Origin: Octopus bimaculoides | Taxonomy: Eukaryota | DNA: 64,000 bases | Assembly (NCBI RefSeq): GCF_001194135.2 | Contig: NC_069000.1 | Location: 21,902,997-21,966,996 of the forward strand | Direction: 5' to 3' | In this document: piece by piece, positions 63,026 through 64,000 of the stretch | How positions within the stretch are numbered: the stretch's first letter is position 1 | How the letters are laid out: each line of letters begins with the position of its first letter | Program-made: the position numbers and the translations under genes | The notes under the pieces: generated by a model | The model's input: only the letters and a program-made list of their open reading frames with translations | Told to the model about the DNA's origin: nothing | Databases searched by the model: none

Positions 63026-63961
63026 ATTGTTGTTATATGTGGAGGGATGCCTGTGCAGTTCTACTACTATTTGGTTTCAAGTTCAGTCCCACTGTGTAGC
63101 ACTTGGGTGGTTGTTTTCTAATATTATCTTAGGCTGACCAATATCTCTTAGAGTAGAGGCATGCAGCCTTTTATCCCCACCCCCATTTAAATCGTCCATT
63201 GCTCATCCAATGTCAACTAAATTTAACCGAAATCAATATTCAATCAGAAATTTAATACAGACTCTAAAAAAAAGAAAAAGAGCAAATAATGAAATATTAT
63301 TAGTAATATCTGAAGGGTAAAAATATCGAAAAAGAGACAAATTAGTGTGATTTTGATAAAATTTGTGATAAATGTCACCATGACCCACTAAACATTTTTG
63401 TGTAGTCCACTTCTAGATTATATTGGCTACCTTGTACATCACTGATATAAAGTACCATTGAAGGTTTTATGTCTTTCTCCATACAATGTATTTAGCATCT
63501 ACAGCTTTTCGCTCTCTCTCTTCCCACACCTCTCACACTATCTCTCCATCTTCTTACTTCCAGTTCTTTTTCTCCGTCCTGTCTCAGTTTCTCTTTCACT
63601 CCCTTCCTCTCTCACAAACCATCTATGCAAGCAATAGTTGTGTGTGTGTGTGTGACATTAGTGCTGACTACTAGCTGACGGGTGTTGAGTTCAAATCCAC
63701 TTGCTGAGCCTTGGAACAGGCAACCAAACCAAGCACCAAATTCTGCATTGTTCCTTTCATTGCTATCCAGGACACAAGTTGTAGATTGGTCTAGGTATTT
63801 CCCCTTCGTTGGTTCTCCCAAACAAATAGATTTGTCCTTCCCATTTCTATTAATATTACATAACTGTCTGTCCTTCTAAGACTTTTGCTGATTTTCGAGA
63901 AGGATGGATATTCCTACACTGTCTCCCCTTACCCCAACACAGTACTGTATGTGTGTGTGAG

Positions 63962-64000
<39 letters not shown>

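Overview
AT-rich eukaryotic DNA, almost all repeat-derived. The SINE and RTE-tail families and the microsatellite load resemble an Octopus genome (inference from recalled repeat sequences, no search run). Six N gaps all sit in (TA)n or (CT)n runs. No host protein-coding gene could be named; only short candidate exons with good splice signals were found. Supported content: a near-complete Tc1/mariner element with a DD36E (Incomer-type) triad, an internally deleted mariner, a maT-like fragment, two hAT relics, RTE, R4/Dong, L2/CR1-like and Penelope-like (PLE) fragments, dozens of tRNA-head SINEs, a palindromic MITE-like pair, and 47-bp and 137-bp tandem arrays. The strongest hunt result is a set of minimal type-I hammerhead ribozyme motifs from at least two sequence families (27033-27078 minus, 50681-50785 plus, 24368-24447 plus, and two half copies). 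Each lies just 3' of a (TA)n-type run, and one family is tied by sequence homology to a PLE ORF at 57 kb. Most boundaries were read by eye and are approximate.
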